Shown one piece after another: positions 14,047-26,411 of a DNA stretch of 64,000 nucleotides. Location of the stretch: assembly GCA_973895155.1 (NCBI GenBank), contig OZ316898.1:12923659-12987658 (forward strand). The letters are read 5' to 3'. The number at the start of each line of letters is the position of its first letter. Position 1 is the stretch's first letter. The DNA comes from Marsupella aquatica. Taxonomy: Eukaryota; Plantae; Marchantiophyta. The notes under the pieces are model-generated. The model ran no database searches and was not told where the DNA came from. It saw only the letters and a program-made list of their open reading frames with translations. The position numbers and the translations under genes were made by a program.

Positions 14047-15851
14047 TCAACAAAACTCAACTTCCACGAAAGGGTAAAATGTTGGAGCTGTGAGAAAATG
14101 CCACGCTCCCAACGGGATCACCGACGAGGACAAAATGGACGGATGAAATTGATGACAATCAAGTTTCATAATTTGAATGTATACTTTCTACACATCACCT
14201 TTAAGACCAAAACACAGAACTCCCATAGGTGACCGCAAGTATACTAAGAACTGTGTCTTTGTAGCCTATTCGTTGCCGAATTTCACCGTAAAAGAACGAA
14301 CAATTGATGTAACTAGATCTAAATTTTTTGTCGCGCCAAACCAACTATCGTACAATTTGCATAATCTGCTGTATGTACAACTGACAACGAAGCTATTAAG
14401 GCTGTGAAGTCCTCCAGCAGCTACTAGTAATGAGCAACTTACAAACAGCACCACCGTTCCTGTTCCTCTGCAGATTTTGCGTTCCACTTGTGGCTGACAG
14501 TTGGGCCTTTACGGAAACCAGGGCATGAACATGCTAACTTGCTACTCACCTTTAGGGCCAGTATCTGCTTCCTCCAATTCTTCAAGCATTCTGTCTGCAA
14601 CACTTGGCGCTCTGTTGAAAAGATTAGGCTGCATGGAAAATTTTCAACTTCAGCAGAGAAACGAGTTGAGAGGCACTGAGTGTATTATGTCAAATCTAAC
14701 TTTGAGGCGTGCGTAGGTACTATAGAGTTTGATTGAGTGTGCACGTAATTGGGACCACTCCCACCCAAACCTAGAGGAATACTCAAGCAACGACGTCGAG
14801 AACAGTAAATCACATCCACCAGAGACACATGCACGATGTGTTCGAAGAAAAAACAACCAAAGAAAGATTCATATATGCAAACATAAAAATTGATATCTAC
14901 ACGATAGTGGGCAGATGAGAACTTTAGCAAGATCGGGACTAACCCATCGCTCTTGGAATTTATGTAGGTTAGACGATGCCCTCTGAACCCCTTGATCCAG
15001 TACTACGTCTATCTTGTTCTCATGCCTCTTCAACTGTGGATGAAGAAACCTAATATACAGGAATTGGGCACCCTGCAGCATTGCAAAGACAATCCAAGCT
15101 GCAAAGTTAGCCACTTGCATCGATCTTGAAGGACAGAGAACACAAAGGAACGATGTGTTGCATATGTGAGTGGTAGTTAGTAGAGAATAGCCGACCTTGA
15201 ACTGGGGCAGTTGCAACCACATCACAAATCCCAACTTGATCCAGTATATTATCCCATACCTGCGTAAGAAACAACCCCCAAGCACGCCAATCATAAGAAT
15301 GCAGATGACTTTCAAAACCTTCCTACAAAAGCAAAGCAATTATCCTTTCCTAGAAATCTAAACGACATCAACTCCTGATGGTGGAATTGAGGCGAAGTAA
15401 CCTCGTCGGAAATCCACGACCGCAAAATAACAAGAAATTCTGATGACTGCTACAATTTGTGTTGGTCGTCTCATAATCGTTCAACTGGACAAAGTTGGCA
15501 CGACACTTCACTCATATCGCAGACATCTTCGGACCCTTGAACAATAATGTTCCACCTTTCTAAATAACTGCAGAAATGTGTGTAGAACAGAGATTGAGGC
15601 TGGATTCCTTGTCTGTTAAAAAATGGGGACAAATGAGCTAGTCTGACGTGCGCCGAACCTCAAGAATCCAGGGGGGTACATGAACCAAAGTCCGGTCTTA
15701 CCATGAGAGTGGCCAATTGACGACGAATTCCAGCACGTTGAAAAGGCCAAGAACTATCCAGTATGTCAGCCATTGAGCTGGTCCCTCCGGCCCGTTCGAT
15801 TCCAATGCCTTGTAACTTGCATACGCAGGATACACATAGGCTAGTATAACC
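14047..15851 (-). CDS. HVA22-like / TB2-DP1 (REEP) family membrane protein; core exons secure, termini uncertain
   Basis: Core exons 15851-15702 (VILAYVYPAYASYKALE...QWLTYWIVLGLFNVLEF), 15259-15196 (YWIKLGFVMWLQLPQFK) and 15072-14944 (GAQFLYIRFLHPQLKRHENKID) splice in frame with GT-AG and carry the family motifs. Tentative 3' exons at about 14628-14550, 14495-14443 and 14086-14047. First exon unresolved. Confidence 0.8.
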
Positions 15852-16989
15852 CTGCGAGCAAGCGCATATCTGTCAACACATCGTCTCTATGGATAAATCT
15901 ATTGTAATATACCTGATTAAGATCTAAACGAGCTGGAACATGCCATTAACAATGAGGCCAAGTTAATTGCACGAAATCGGCACGGAAAGGTTCTACAAAA
16001 ATTCCAGCAGAGAAACGAACTGGATTTCTGCGCAGAATTTGAGTATGATCACTGGGATTTGGTGAGGATGAGCTCCAGATACCATAGAATCGATCCGTTC
16101 AGTGTCACGCTAAACGCTGATGTCAGATATCGGACTGGCCGACTGGCGAATTAAACAAAAAACCATCAATATCCGACCAAACCAAATTTCTTCATCTTCA
16201 ACAGCAGTAAACCTTCCTAAACTTTTCAGCCGAAGGTAATCTTGGGCACGAGGCGTCAAATCTTGGTTATGAAGTCTAATTATCTGCTCCATAGTACCAC
16301 CCATCATGGAGGAACATCTATCCTATTTGTCTGTCGTTAATTTCTCAGGTAGGCGGAGACGTTATGGTTTAGACACTAAGCGAAAACTGCAGTGTAACTG
16401 CCTTACAAAAAATTGAGGTTGCAGAGTAGTTGAGCGTCAAAGCAGAATTCTTCGACACACGAACCAATGATTTACCGTCGAAAATCATTCATACTGCAAG
16501 CATCTCTCATGATACTTCCAATTACCAACGCCTCCAAAGTCAAATCCTCAGCAAGAAATGGCATCGCCCAACCCTTAAGTTTAGGTTATAGCGACCAGAA
16601 CATAACCGGCCAAGATTCAGGATGAGAAGCCCATGTTCTCCACAAATAGCAAAAGAGAGAGCATCCGAAAATGCCAATTTGAGACCTAACCTGATGATAA
16701 TGCCCAGTTACTGGACGGCAAAACACATCACATTCACCGGGAAAGAAAAAGCTTCGAGAGAAGCGAATAATTGACGCGTGGTCAGCAACGTTCAAGCCAC
16801 TCGAGGCACCAGACGGTGGCAAGCGCAAGTTCAAGTTCAAGTTCAAGCAAGGAGAGGACACAATTGAATGCACCACCATTAAAAAGCAATCACCCCACCG
16901 AAAGAAACAGGTGTACAGAAAAGTAATATACAATCAGAACCGTAACATAGCACCGAAAAACAGCAGGAGAACAATAACAACTAATTGGC

Positions 16990-17240
16990 AGCATAGCAGA
17001 GCAGATTCATAGAAAGAAAGAAAAAAGCGGAATGACATAAAATGGATGAGCTGAGCTGAGCAGAGCAGAAACAGAAACAGAAACAGAGCAGATTCATGAA
17101 AACAAAGCGGAATGAAGTGAAATCGATGCGCCGATAATAACTGATTTGCTGCAGAGCAGAGACCAAGCAGAAACCAAAACCGAAACCGAAACAGAGCAGA
17201 TTCATCAAAAACAAAGCGGAACGAAATGAAATGGATGCGC
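16990..17240. repeat. Three degenerate tandem copies (about 90-115 bp) in the presumed HVA22 5' leader
   Basis: Recurring CAGAGCAGATTCAT...AAAGCGGAA...AAATGGATG(A/C)GC blocks. Confidence 0.6.
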
Positions 17241-17858
17241 AACAATTATCTGACAATTATTGAGAAGGGGCAGGTGGTCGCACGAGAAGGCACGCACGAT
17301 CAAGAGCAGCCCCATCGCCTCTCGCCCTCCTCTCCGCTATCCTCTCCTCTCCTCTTCTTCGATTTTTCTTCGTCGTCGTCGTCGTCGTCTTTTCCTTCCT
17401 TTTCGCTCGAAATTCTTAGGCAAGAGAAGAGAAGAGGAAAGAGAGAGAGAGAGAGATCTGTTTCTCGTCCCAATCTTCAAGAAGGAAAGATGCGGACGGC
17501 GAGAATTGGGTCTCGTACAGAGTACGGGCGACAAGAGCTCCAGCGCAAAAATGCCCCAATAACGTGTATGGCACTTTCATCGTGTTTTCTATTGGAGAGC
17601 GCGATCGAACGGCTCGTGCGAGATATCGAGATCGTTAGGGCGATCTCGACCGTACGTTATTCCGGTTTTAGCAATGATTCCCTGTTTTCGACGAACTTCC
17701 TGTCGGATTGCTTGTTTTCCCCGTTTTCTGATGCTGGTTTTCTCGTGTTATCCGAGGGAAATGCTCTGTTTCCCCGCCAAACTTTTCGAGAGACTTGGAT
17801 TTGAAATTGCTGCAAGGGACAGACATACCCTGGTGTCATATTGAGCTTGGATGGACTG

Positions 17859-18556
17859 GTGGCAATTCTTTGTATAGGATACAGGGTTTGAGGGGGTATG
17901 GTCTGGGGTTACTAGCCTGTAACCCTGTGACCAAAAAATGAGTAAAATCTGGCAATTCTTTGTATAGGATAAAGGGTTTAAGAGGGTATGGTCTGTCTTT
18001 ACTAGCCTGTAATCCTATGACCAAAAAATGAGGAAAATCTGATAGGTGATAGCCGGGAAGCTTTCTGAGCTTCTAGGAATAGGGTTCAGGCTAGAACCCT
18101 TGCCTGAACCCTTGCTCAGACCTCCATTATAGTATCTAATCAGTGTTCAGAAAAAGGTTAATTTTGGGCAAGAAATTATGGGAATAGCAAGTAGTCCCTT
18201 GGGTTGGTCTCTGGTCCAGGCTCAGGGTGTGACCATTATCACAGGTACAGAGATTATGTGGGCAAAGAGTGGTAGATTACTTACCTTAAAGCCCCACTGG
18301 CCTTATGCAAAACCTAATGAATCCAGGTTACTAAAATAAGTTCAAAAATATTCTCAAGAAAGTAAAAATTTACACTATTTGTCCTCCTGGCCAGTAGCGG
18401 GTTGTAGACTGTTTAATGATACTGAGGCTAGAATTCGAAAAAATCTTTGGCCTGCCAGCATTTGTCACCACAGAATAGGGTTGTAGACTGTTTAGTGATA
18501 CTGAGGCTAGAATTTGAAAAAATCTTTGGCCTGCCAGCATTTGTCACCATAGAATA
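17859..18556. repeat. Two local tandem duplications (about 91 bp x2 at 17859-18040; 79 bp x2 at 18399-18556)
   Basis: TGGCAATTCTTTGTATAGGATA...GACCAAAAAATGAG.AAAATCT twice; GGGTTGTAGACTGTTTA.TGATACTGAGGCTAG...TGTCACCA.AGAATA twice. Confidence 0.8.
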
Positions 18557-19518
18557 CATTATGAGGGAGTGTTAACCAGAAAGTACTATACAATCGCCAG
18601 ATAGCATTGTACAATCGACTATCTGTACTGCACAACTAGGTTCATCCACTCATGCCTTGCTTCTAGAGCTAGTTGCCACCTTGGAAAGTTTTTACAACAT
18701 GAAAAAATGCCTGAGTGACCAGCTGGCTGTGATGCCTACATGGACTTGGCATGTCCAAAAAGACTTTGGTAACAACTTTTACAGTTTTAACTAGAATCTG
18801 ACCTGTTAACAGCAAAAAATGTACTTCGTTGCTCAGGCAGTGACTACTCAGGGTGTTCTTCACAAAAGTGAAACCTACTTCCCAAAATTCTATCCTCAAC
18901 TACAGCCGGTCAATTTGACCAAACTTCTTAAAGTGTCTTTACAAAGTGAAGGGTCCTTCCAAAAATTTCATGCAAAATGTAGCTACTTGGATATCCTTCA
19001 CAAAAGCGAACCGTCATTCCCAAAAGTGAACATTAGTTGCTCATACCCAAACTAGTGAGGGCATCCTTCATAAAATTGAAGCACCCTTCCCAAAAATGGT
19101 ACGTAGTTGTTCATGCCCAACCTACTAAGGGCTTCACACAATTGAAGCATCCTTCCCAAAGAGGATAAGTTGTTGTTGAATGGGCATCCTTCACGTTTTC
19201 AGTTGATTTAAACGTTTTCAGTTGATTTGTAATTAACCATCTTGGTGCTTAGTGGAAATATAGCAAATGATTTTTAAAAAAACCTCAAACTCTGTCAAGT
19301 AATAGATTGGATATCCAAGAACATGCTCAAAAAAATGCTGGGAAAAAATGGAAACTAAAGCCCAAATGGACTACTAGGTTGTCTCCAGCTATCCCCATCG
19401 ACTGGGAGAGGGCACAGTTCGAAGTACACCTAATTATGAGACAGCTCAACTACGAATGCATGGAAAAAAATTCATTAATTGTTTACCTCAATTTTTGTCA
19501 CTCTAAGAACATAATGTG

Positions 19519-19850
19519 TGTTGAACTATGACGTCTTGCTTCATGACGATACAATCATTACTCATACCATTCACACGTAGTCGACACAATCTCTACGTGG
19601 TTAATCTCTTCTCCAAGGCTACGTCCACACGAATACTCAAGCTTTACTTCAAGAGTGAACGAACACACATGCTCTCCCTCTTCCTCAAGTTGCTCCGTTA
19701 CAATGAGTAAGCACACCACACCAGCGGCTTACACTAGCCGTGGTATATACAAGGTCACACACGACTAATCTAACCTCAGCTAAGACCCTAACTGTGGTTA
19801 GCCTAAGTGCCATAACCTTTGAGTCACAAGACTAAGACCAATCCTTAACA
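19519..19850 (-). repeat. 3' LTR of copia element 1
   Basis: 332-bp direct repeat of 26080-26411, adjacent to the PPT. Confidence 0.95.
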
Positions 19851-20052
19851 AACTCCCCCTTGACTCTAGTCTTGGGGACTGCAATTTATGCTATCCATAT
19901 GGGATACTCAGCGGGAAATTCTAGACAATCACCTAACCATAGGTGTCCCCCTAAAAACCATTTAAGGTTAACTAAGGGTTAACTAGAATTAAGCCGTAGC
20001 CATAACAGGATTGAGTAACCCATATATAGAAATTATATATTGTTAAGTTACT

Positions 20053-23000
20053 CTACTTGTGCTGCAAATGCAAAACTTGCAAAGTAGCATGGTGTCTTGA
20101 GTAACTCTCCAAAGGAATCACTTTGGTAAAAGCATCAGTTGGGTTGAGCTTTCCATCAATCTTGACTAGCTCAAACATTTTATCAGCTTGCCTAATAAAA
20201 TGGTACCTAATGTCAATGTGTTTCACCCTGCTATCCATAACCTGGTTAGTAGCTAGGTGAAGCGCACTCTGGCTGTCACAATGAAGAGCAATTTTTCCAT
20301 GCTCCAATCCCATCTCAGTGACTAGCTTATCCAACCAAATTGTTTTCTTTGCTGCTTCTGCTGCTGCAATATATTCTGCTTTTGTAGTAGACTGAGATAC
20401 ACACTTCTACAAGGTAGATCTCCAACTTATGCATCCTCCTCCAAGAGTAAACACATACCCAGTTGTTGACCTCCTTGTTTCCAAACAGCCTCCGTAGTCA
20501 GAATCTACATAGTCAACCAAAGATTTGATTTTGTTTGATCTACTATCAAACAACAGACCATAGTCTATTGTGCCCTTAAGATACCTGAGAATCCATTTCA
20601 CAGCCTCCCAATGTACCTTCCCTGGATTTGACATGAATCTACTCACTTTGCCCATTGCTAGGGCTATATCAGGTCTTGTACATCATGTCATTAAATACAT
20701 TAGACTGCTCACTGCCTTCTCATAAGGAACCTTAGTCATCAAGCCTCTCTCCACTGGATCCGTGGGGCAGAAAGCCGATGATAACTTGAAATGTGGAGCC
20801 AAAGGAATACTTACTGGCTTACAATTTTCCATGTTGAATCTTGCAAGTACCTTTTCAACATACTTGCCTTGATTCAACCACAACTGTCCAGTTTCAAAGT
20901 TCCTCGTAATCTCCATACCTAGATCCTCTTGGCTTTCCCAAGATCCTTCATTCGGAATTCAGAAATCAATTTTGCTTTGAGTTTGTCAACCTCAGGTTGA
21001 TCCTTAGCCGCAATCAACATGTCATCCACATAGAGCACTAGAATGAGCAAACCAAACACACCATTCTTGACTGATTTTGTATACACACAAGGGTCATACA
21101 CCATCCTAGTGAATCCTTGTGCAAGCATGAAATCATCAAACTGCTTGTTCCACTGTCGAGGAGCTTGCTTCAATCCATACAAAGACTTAAGTAACCTACA
21201 AACTAAACTCTCTTGACCCTTCTTCACAAAGCCCAATGGTTGTCTCATGAAAATTTGTTCCTCCAAGGTGCCATAGAGAAAAGCAGTAACAACATCCATT
21301 TGATCTAACACCAGATCAAAAAACACAACAAGTTGACACAAAATTCGTATCGTGGAATACTTGGCAACTGGAGAGAAGACCTCATTGTAATCCACTCCCT
21401 TCTCCTGAGTGAATCCCTTGGCAACAAGCCTTGCCTTGTATATCTTGTCTCCTCTGTCTGAAGAGTTGTCCTTTAGCTTGTAAATCCATTTGCTATCCAC
21501 CACTTGTTGATCACTTGGCAACTGCACCAGCTCCCATGTTTTGTTGTCACTTAAAGATTGCAACTCCCTCTGCATTGCTGCATTCCATTCATCTTTCTTG
21601 TCTGAAATGCTTGTCTCATGAAATAAAGACGGTTCTCCTTCTTCCAAGATCAGTGCTCTATCATCATCAAGTGCAATGTCAGCATCATCTAACCTTGATA
21701 AATCTGTCCATTATCCATACCTTGTAGGAGCTCGAGTAATTCGCCTTGATTTTCTAGCTGATGATTCTGGCTGATCTTGCTCTGTTAGTTGATTTTGAGG
21801 TATTCCAACAACAACCTGCTCCTCTTGTTCCATCACCGGAACCAGCTCCATTCTCAGAGCACCTCCTTCAACTATGTCATAAAAACCCTCATGACCAATC
21901 TCCCCCTCAACATGGTCCAGGATAGGAGATTTACCTTTGTCAGTACGGGAAGTCTGAGTATTCTCCCCCTCCTTTGATGATCGAGATTCATTAAAGGATA
22001 CATCTCTATTGACAAGCAACGTGGAAGCTGTTGGATCCCATAGCCTATAACCTTTCACATCCTTTTGATAACTAAGAAAAATATACTTCTTGGAAGTCAG
22101 ATCTAGTTTAGATCGATTTTTCTTAGGTGTGAGAGCATATGCATCACTTCCAAAGACTCTCAAAACGTGATAGTCTGCTTGCCGTCCATACCTCATTTCA
22201 ATCGGCGTCTTGAAATTGATTGCACTTGAAGGAGAAAGATTTACCAAATAAGCTATTGTATTTACAGTTTCAGCCCAAAATTCATGTGGTAAACCTGATT
22301 GACTCAACATACTCCTCGATCGCTCCAATAGTGTTCGGTTCAGCCGCTCAGAAACATCATTCTGTTGAGGAGTATAAACTGTCATGAGATGACGAGTAAT
22401 CCCTTGCTCTGCACAATATTGTTCAAATTTACTTGAACCATACTCCCCGCCGTTATCTGGTCGCAGATATCTCACCTTGGATCCAGTCTGATTCTCAATT
22501 TGGGCTTTCCACTTCATAAAAGTGCCAAAAACCTCAGACTTGGCGTGTAGAAATGTGATCCACACATACCTTGAGTAATCATCAATGAACGTGACATAGT
22601 ACAATTTTCCGGAAAGTGAGGGAATGGGGGCTGGACCCCACACATCACTATGTACATACTCAAGTATAGTTTTGGTATTGTGAGTTCCAACACCAAAGGT
22701 TCTTCTATGTTGCTTCCCAAACACACAATGTTCACAAAAGTCTAACTTAGATGATTCCAAATTAGAAATAAGTTCTTTTCTATAAAGGATCGCCAAACCT
22801 TTTTCACTCATGTGTCCCAATCTACAATGCCACAATCGAGTCATGTCTTCACGAGTTCTGGTTATATTGGCTTCATCCTTGATTACGTTGCCCTCCAATA
22901 AATAAAGATTATTGTGCCGCTTACCCTTCAGGACAACTTTGCCTTTCATTGACAGTTGAAGTACACCATTAGCAGAACTCCACTGATGGCCATTCGCTTC

Positions 23001-24205
23001 CAACATTCCGAGCGAAATCAAGTTCTTTTTCATGTCAGGAATATGTCTGATATCTTTCACTGTTCGCATAGCTCCATCAAACATCCGAATCTTCACAGAT
23101 CCAATTTCAGTAATTTGACACGGGTGATCATTCCCCATCAACACTGAACCGTTTGATACCGAGTAAGAACTGAAAAACTCTAATTTATACGTTATATGAT
23201 ATGTACAGGCACAATCCAAAATCTATTCATCACCACTATTTCTGGATGAACTCCAAAGAGCAACATCTTGTCGTCACAAGATTTCATCATCGAGCAAGTT
23301 GATCATATCAACATCAATGGTTGCGTTTGCTGATGGTTGATTAGTCTGCTTGACTCGAAAATCTCTTTTCATATGGCCGGGTTTGTTATATTTCCAACAT
23401 ATAATCGGTTTCCTTTCTAGAGATTTCTCTCTAGACCTGGATCTAGACTTAGATCGAGCCTTCTCCTTGCCTCTATTTCGCAAGGGGTATGATTATGAAA
23501 ATACCTGTTTTCGCTAGTCATCCGTTGTTGAGTCCTCCCGCGATTCACATTCAATGCACTGCCAGATGAAGATGGTGTCTGGGCATGACCCAGTTTCTTC
23601 TGTGCATCATCTGACAGCAAAGAGCTTACCACGTCATCATATGATATGGTTTTGAGGTCTCAATACAAGAGAACCTGCTTCAAACCTTGATAAGATGGGG
23701 GTAAGGAGCTGAGAAGAAGCAATGCCTTATCTTCATCTTCCACTCCCTTGCCAAGATTTGACAAATCTACAGCTAGGCTGTCGAATTCATCCAAGTGATC
23801 TTGAAGCTTGCCTCCTTCTTTTAGCCTCAAGCTCATCAAGAGAGACTTCTTGTACAACCGATCTGAGGCATCCTCGCGGTAGTACTTCTCTTAGAGGGCC
23901 TTGAATAAGGATACGCAATCCTCGTAATCGTCCAACTTCTTAATGATATGCGGCTTCAGATACAGCATAACGGCATTCACAGCAATCACTTGCTCTTGCC
24001 TCCATTTTCTCAATGTGATCTCCTCCTCACTGCTAGACTCCTCCCGAGGTGATAGTAGATGATCTAGGCCCATAGCACGAAGAATTCTCTTAACCTGCTT
24101 CTCCCGTAGCAAATAATCTGTGCGCCCATCATACTTTTCCACCTCAAACTTGACACCTCCAACTTGGATGCCATCGTTGTCCTCCCAACTTTCTCCACGT
24201 GCTAT
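20053..24205 (-). pseudogene. Disrupted gag-pol polyprotein of copia element 1
   Basis: Gag (KFEVEKYDG, LLLSSLPPSY), decayed zinc knuckle CWKYNKPGHMKRDF, protease E*ILDCACTYH, integrase (LWHCRLGH, HSDVWGP, FIDDYSR, DNGGEY, SERLNRT), RT (KARLVAKG, SLYGLKQAPRQW, LYVDDM) and RNase H (YVDSDY, HCDSQSA, KHIDIRYHF). Stops at 23891, 23660, 23223, 21711, 20683 and 20407, and a frameshift near 20919. Confidence 0.95.
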
Positions 24206-26079
24206 TGTTGTGTTGCTTCCTATATGCTTTGTTGTTTTTTCCTTCCTTCCTTCCTTCCGGTTGACTCAACTCCAAATCACAAAAAAATATTGATTTTCAC
24301 AACTTCCCAAAAATCTTAAAACTTTTCACCGCCACGTAGCCCACCAGCCTAGCAAGCCAACGCTGAAATCCGAAATCGAAACTGAGTTCCGACGAAAAAC
24401 TCTTTCACGTTTTGGTCGGGGTGGGTAAAATTCAAAAACTTCTCCCCCGTTTTGACCACCCCGGGGAATAACAAAAATTCCAAGTATCACCCGTCGTCAG
24501 AAATGCAAATCGATTAGCACACCGCGTTGCTAGCTTCAGTAGCTACGTCCTCGCCAAAAACAATCCAAAAAAAGTTACCGTTCGGACCTTGGAATCTTTG
24601 AGTAAAGGCCGAAAAACAACTCTCTATTTTTTTGGAATATTCCTTGGACTGTGCGGCAGGTCTCATAGGGGGGCCGTTCCCCCTGTTGAAGCAGTTAAAT
24701 TGGCGGGTCACTGGGCCCGGGATGCCACTTAACCAATAGGAGTGGAGGGAAGGAATTTTAAAAATGGGCCTAAAGGGGGTGTTAAGGCCCCTTATTAAAA
24801 AATACTGTCTTAAAAGGGGCACACGCGTATAGGCGACGCGAGACGGGCCAGGCAAGATACGGCCATATACAAGGGGCATACGGCGAGGAATACGTGCAAG
24901 GGTGCAAAAGGGAAGCCGGGAGGGAATGGAGGGCACGAGGCCCTATGGAGGGCATGAGGCCCTATGGAGGGCACGAGGCCCTATGAAGCATTAAAGAGGG
25001 GGGAAGGCAAAGGGCTGCGAGGGGGGGGGGAAGTGAAAAAACGCGCACGAAGGGGGAGGAGGAGCAAAAAACAGCTCGCAAGGGGGGGGGGGGAAATGGT
25101 CACGAGAGGGAGGGGGAAGGTCATCGCGAGAGGGATGGAGGGAGGGGAGGGGGGGTGGCGGGGCCCTATATGCGCCCAATGGCGCCCTATACGCGTGTGA
25201 GGGGCGGGGAAAGGGAGGGGGGAGGGGGCGTGGTATACACGTGAAAATACGGCGCGATACGCGCGCCCGGGGGTTATCGTATGCCTGGGGGGTGCACATG
25301 TATACACATAAGGGATTAAAACCCCTTTAAAACGCACAAATGTTGCCTCCAAAAAATTTGTCGTGTTACTTACTGAAAATGTTGCCGTTTCACACGAGGA
25401 AAGTGCACGTCACCGACGGGAAATGTTTCCGAAATTCACCGGCGGCGTCTGCTACTCCAGTAGAGTATAAACTTCCCGTCATGACTCCTTCACTCCACGT
25501 CAAGTGCCAATCTCAGACTCAAAATGATCACCTCGCCGTGGTCTCTCCGTTAAGCCATAGCACTTTGCGATTCTCCCCCTGATCCGAGCGTGACGTCAAG
25601 AAACCCGCTTCAGCCAAGGGCTATGTCTCCATAGCCATGGAAAAACCAGAAACGACTCCGTCACTCATTGCGTCGCACTCGGTTTACCTCGACAACAAAC
25701 CAGCTACCAAAATGATCACCTTTGCCCGATCTACGATTTGAGCTATAGGTTGTGACGCCTCGCGCACCGCAAAGCTCACACTAACGAGAAAAAGATCTCA
25801 GGTCCCCCCCGAAAGAACCGTCGAAGAAAACCGTCGAACACGAATCACAAAAAATCCAAAACGATGGAAACATAAATTCCTCAGCACCACGAACTCCGTT
25901 TAGAGATTTCTTTGCACCATTAGATAACCCTTGCCCCGATCTATCCAATGAGCCCAATACCTCCAAGTTCCATGCGACGGAACTTCGTGAAATCAACTGA
26001 CACTAACCGCTGGAAAATCCATCACGAAAAAATCTATCGTCACCTTAGCGTCACCTCCCTGGCTTGCTCTGATACCAAT

Positions 26080-26411
26080 TGTTGAACTATGATATCTTGC
26101 TTCATGACGATACAATCATTACTCATACCATTCACACGTAGTCGACACAATCTCTACGTGGTTCACCTCTTCTCCAAGGCTACATCCACACGAATACTCA
26201 AGCTTTACTTCAAGAGTGAACGAACACACATGCTCTCCCTCTTCCTCAAGTTGCTCCGTTACAATGAGTAAGCACACCACACCAGCGGCTTACACTAGCC
26301 CTGGTATATACAAGGTCACACACGACTAATCTAACCTCAGCTAAGACCCTAACTGTGGTTAGCCTAAGTGCCGTAACCTTTGAGTCACAAGACTAAGAGC
26401 AATCCTTAACA
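26080..26411 (-). repeat. 5' LTR of copia element 1
   Basis: 332-bp direct repeat of 19519-19850, followed on the minus strand (after 2 nt) by the Met PBS. Confidence 0.95.

Larger units (their letters stand above)
19519..26411 (-). mobile_element. Ty1/copia LTR retrotransposon 1, full-length, coding-disrupted
   Basis: 332-bp TG..CA LTRs at 26080-26411 (5') and 19519-19850 (3'), about 8 mismatches. TSD ATGTG (19514-19518 / 26412-26416). tRNA-iMet PBS TGGTATCAGAGC at 26077-26066; PPT AGGGGGAGTT at 19860-19851. Domain order gag-PR-IN-RT-RH. Confidence 0.97.

Noticed and set aside
17226-17804. 192-aa ORF on the plus strand
   Set aside because: Built from CT/GA and TCG microsatellites in the presumed HVA22 promoter/leader; no recognisable domain.
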